DNA from: the human T2T-CHM13v2.0 reference genome, Homo sapiens
Length of the DNA: 64,000 nucleotides
Direction: 5' to 3' (one strand)
Assembly: GCF_009914755.1 (NCBI RefSeq)
Contig: NC_060936.1
Below, in pieces: positions 59,604 through 64,000 of this stretch; position 1 is the stretch's first letter, and every line of letters begins with the position of its first letter. The position numbers were made by a program, and so were the translations under genes. The notes under the pieces were generated by a model that made no database searches, was not told the DNA's origin, and saw nothing but the letters and a program-made list of their open reading frames with translations.

Positions 59604-60967
59604 CTCCTTACGGAGATTTTTAAATGACTATAAAAACATATCAGATGCATAATCGAATTCATTATCTTCTATTTTCCTTTTCATAAAAATACCGAGTGTT
59701 AGCATACTAGTTTCTGCCATTTCTAGGATGAGTTTTGACTTCACTCTCTGGGACAGAATTGTCATCAAGCAGGTTGAAACTTGTCAGATGCTCTGAGTTT
59801 CCCTGACTAAGTCTCCAGCAGGTAGCCAGATTATGTCCTAATTAGTACCATATCTTGATCATGTCCCCCTTTTGTAACATATATTAAGACGACATTGTGT
59901 CTTTCCTCTCTTAGGTCAATTAAACGTCATTTCTCTCTCTTTTATTTATTTGAAAGCAGGTTAGTGTATATTTTGTGGATTTTCTTAAAGGTGTATCTTT
60001 TTGACGTATAGTACTGTTATGTCTTTCTTACTATCACATTTTTAATCATTCTTTATATATTTGTTATGTGAGACAAACTATTCCATGATAGCATGTCCAC
60101 TAAATCCTGGTATTTCCCCTTAGATTATTCAGTTATATACACGTTGCAATGTGTATTCATTTTATTTACAACCCACGTGCTTTATGTTTGCCTTGATATT
60201 TGAATTTCTAAGTAATATTTTCAGTGTCTTCTAATGATTCTCTCATGTGAATCCCTGAGAAGCTCCTTCAGTCTTATTTTTCATTCTGTGTCCTATCTGT
60301 TCTCCCCCAAAGAAATCAGCCTCATGGCTTCATCCAGGAGCTTATTTTGCTTTCTCTACATTTTCAGTGGTGAGCCCCCTCAAACTGGCCAGCTAACTTC
60401 TGAGAAAACGCATTTGTTCTTCCTTATTTTTGCAATATGCATGTAACCCCAGCCAAGAGCCAGGATATTAAGTCATGGTTCAGGTATCTAAGCCCATTTC
60501 ATCAACACTAACTGCATTGTCAGTAGTTCCCTTCCCAGAAGTTTCTCTATCTTTCAGATATCCTACTCCAGTGAAAAAGAAACAATGGAAACACGGCCTC
60601 TATGCCGCTAGTTTCCTGCCTAGAAATGCACAGTCCCTAATGACATTTCCCCAGTCTTTTGTGTGTCTTTCTTCTGTTCAAGAATGATCAATTTGCTAAT
60701 TTGCCACTTTTGTTAATCAATTCATTAATTTATCCAACAAACATTTATTTAGCACCCAGGAATGCGTGGTTAAAAGTTAATTGATTAATTTATTAAATTT
60801 TAGAGTAATTTGTTACTGTATGGCTATCCTGGCTATCATTTAAATTGATAAGCATCACAGAAAAGTATGTTACGAAAGATATGGGAGCAGTGAGGAAGAA
60901 GCACGTAACTCTTCTGGGTAGCACAGCAGTGGAAGCAAATAAGAAGGCTTACAGCGGAGAAAATGTG

Positions 60968-61280
<313 letters not shown>

Positions 61281-61410
61281 GAGAAAATGTGGGATTTTAG
61301 AAATAAGTAAAAGCCTACCAGGCAGTCAGGGGGAAAAGTACATGCAGACAAACAGGATTTTCTGCAAAAGCATGGAGGTGTGAACACGCAGGTAAAGTCT
61401 AGACTAAGCA

Positions 61411-61575
61411 AGGCATGGTGGCTCATATCTGTAATCCCAGTGCTTTGGAGGTCGAGGTGGGAGGATCACTTGAGCCCAGGAGTTCAAGGCTGTAGTGAGC
61501 TAGGATTGGGCCATTGCACTACAGCTTGGGTGACAGAAGAAGACCCTGTCTATAAAAAGTAAAAGAAAATAAAAT
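61411..61575 (+). mobile_element. Alu monomer (FAM/FRAM-like)
   Basis: Single-arm Alu similarity. Confidence 0.75.
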
Positions 61576-61626
61576 CTAAACTAAGGGAACATCAGTACCA
61601 ATCAAGAGGTGAAAAAGAATTGGGAA

Positions 61627-62322
<696 letters not shown>

Positions 62323-64000
62323 TCACTAGGATATAGAAATGAGAGAATGGTAAGATTTAAGAATAACTCTGAGTTTGGGTTTATGAGTAGAATGATGGAT
62401 GGTAAAGCCTGAGATAAAGAATTCAGGAGATGGAACAGGTTTGCGTGTTGGATTGCTGATAATGAAATCAATTTTGCACATATAAATGTTGAAGTAGCTG
62501 TAGGTTATTCGAGCAGAGGTGCCCTCTGAGAAGTATTGGTCTGAGCCCAAGGGAGACAGCCAAAAAAAACGTAAGTTTGGACAGTTGTTAAGGTCATGGG
62601 AGTGACATTTTCTGTGGATTGAGAGATTCTTGAGAGGTAAGTGAAACATCTTAAACATTCTTCCAAATAAGAGGTAGAACTGCCAGCAATTTTTTTTTAA
62701 TCCATTGATCTGTCTTAACGGGCTAGTAATGGGAAAATATATTGTAATAGAAATAGAAAACATTAGTAATAGAAATGGAATAACTTTAAAACCTAACAGA
62801 AAATAGTAATAGAAAAAAATATATTACAATGTGATCTAAGGTTGTCCTTTGGGTCAAGAATACCAGTTCCAGCTCACTTGCTGTTCATGACCCTAGTTCT
62901 GAATCATTCTTTTCAACCTTTTTTGGCAATATCTCACCCACCAAATCCTCCCTGGAAATTAGAAGGCTAAAATCAATATGACACTTCAGACACCTCCAAC
63001 TGAATTGTCCAAATCATTGGACCCATTCACTAATTTAACACATGGTCTGCAAATTTCAGTTACTGCTATGGTGGTGAACTAGCAACTGGCTACTGTGGAT
63101 GGATACTTACACTAGAGATTTATAAATGCCAAAGGAATAATGGCCACAGTGAAACATATGATTCCTTATTACCACTAAGAAACTATTCAATTTACCCTAC
63201 AAGTTGATTGCAAAAGTGATTTGTTATTCAATGCCTTGAGTTTCTCATTAAGTCCAACGTAAACGAAGAGGTTTAATATGTCCTCAATCTGTCACTCTAT
63301 GAGCTGAAGTAGTATCACTCTCTTTTTAAATTTTGTAACACAACTATAAAGTGGCCGAATTCAAGAAAAATTTTTAAATAAATTTTGTAGACTGTCTAGA
63401 AATTCCAACATGACACCAAAACCTATATATGGGAGAAGGAATTCAGGCAAAGCAGAATTGTAAAATGTTGTGTTGAAAATAAGTAGGTCTCTGTTTCATG
63501 AGGAAGCACCCTCAGGGGAGGAACTAGTCTGAGTGAAGTTTTTTTTTGGTTCAGTTTGGGCTGTCCAGGAAATTGTCAGGGGTGTGACAGAAAGCTAAGT
63601 TTTCAGATTTCTTCCACTTCTCTGTCATTTTCAAGAGCAAATTAAACCTGTTGAATAGTTTGATTATATCATTTCTACCATCACACTCATTTACAGAATG
63701 GAAAGAGGAGACATTCTAATACAAACGATCTGGGGCAGAGAACTTTTTAATTTAAAATTATATCACCAAGATCTAGGTCAGCACCTGACCATTATAGCTG
63801 GTCAAATATTTGTTAAATTAAGTGAACGCATTTTGTTATCCCTATGCCCAACTCCATTTAACTGTCATAGACTTTGACTGTCACAAAAAGAAGCACTTTT
63901 ATGACTCCTTTGCAAGCCTGCACTGGAATCCCAGGACAACTGACTGGAAGACTTTAAATCAATGTCACAACAGTTATGAGTTAGATGCGCAATTCTTATT

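Overview
Primate, very probably human, intergenic and repeat-rich DNA with no intact protein-coding gene. The one gene-derived feature is a full-length processed pseudogene of TDG (G/T mismatch-specific thymine DNA glycosylase) on the + strand at about 7775-10856. It has a 5'UTR, an intronless CDS with a 1-bp deletion at codon 97/98 and a Q220* nonsense change, a complete 1.7-kb 3'UTR, a poly(A) tail and a 15-bp target-site duplication (TSD). From memory this fits TDGP1 on human 12p12.1, but I have not verified that. The rest is about 30 Alus, L1/L2/MIR fragments, LTRs (LTR16A-, MLT1-, MER57-like) and DNA-transposon relics. I see no new multi-gene system. The most interesting signals are: (i) fine structure of the retrocopy, namely a possible cap-derived G, a frameshift that removes the PIP degron, retained miR-29/miR-26/miR-101 seed sites and an in-frame ATG in the flank; (ii) a very young Alu that appears to be a Ya5/Ye5 mosaic; (iii) a cluster of local templated or tandem duplications between 13 and 33 kb, including a microhomology-bounded 242-bp templated insertion. 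Repeat subfamily names and comparisons with parent TDG rest on recalled consensus sequences, and repeat boundaries are approximate.
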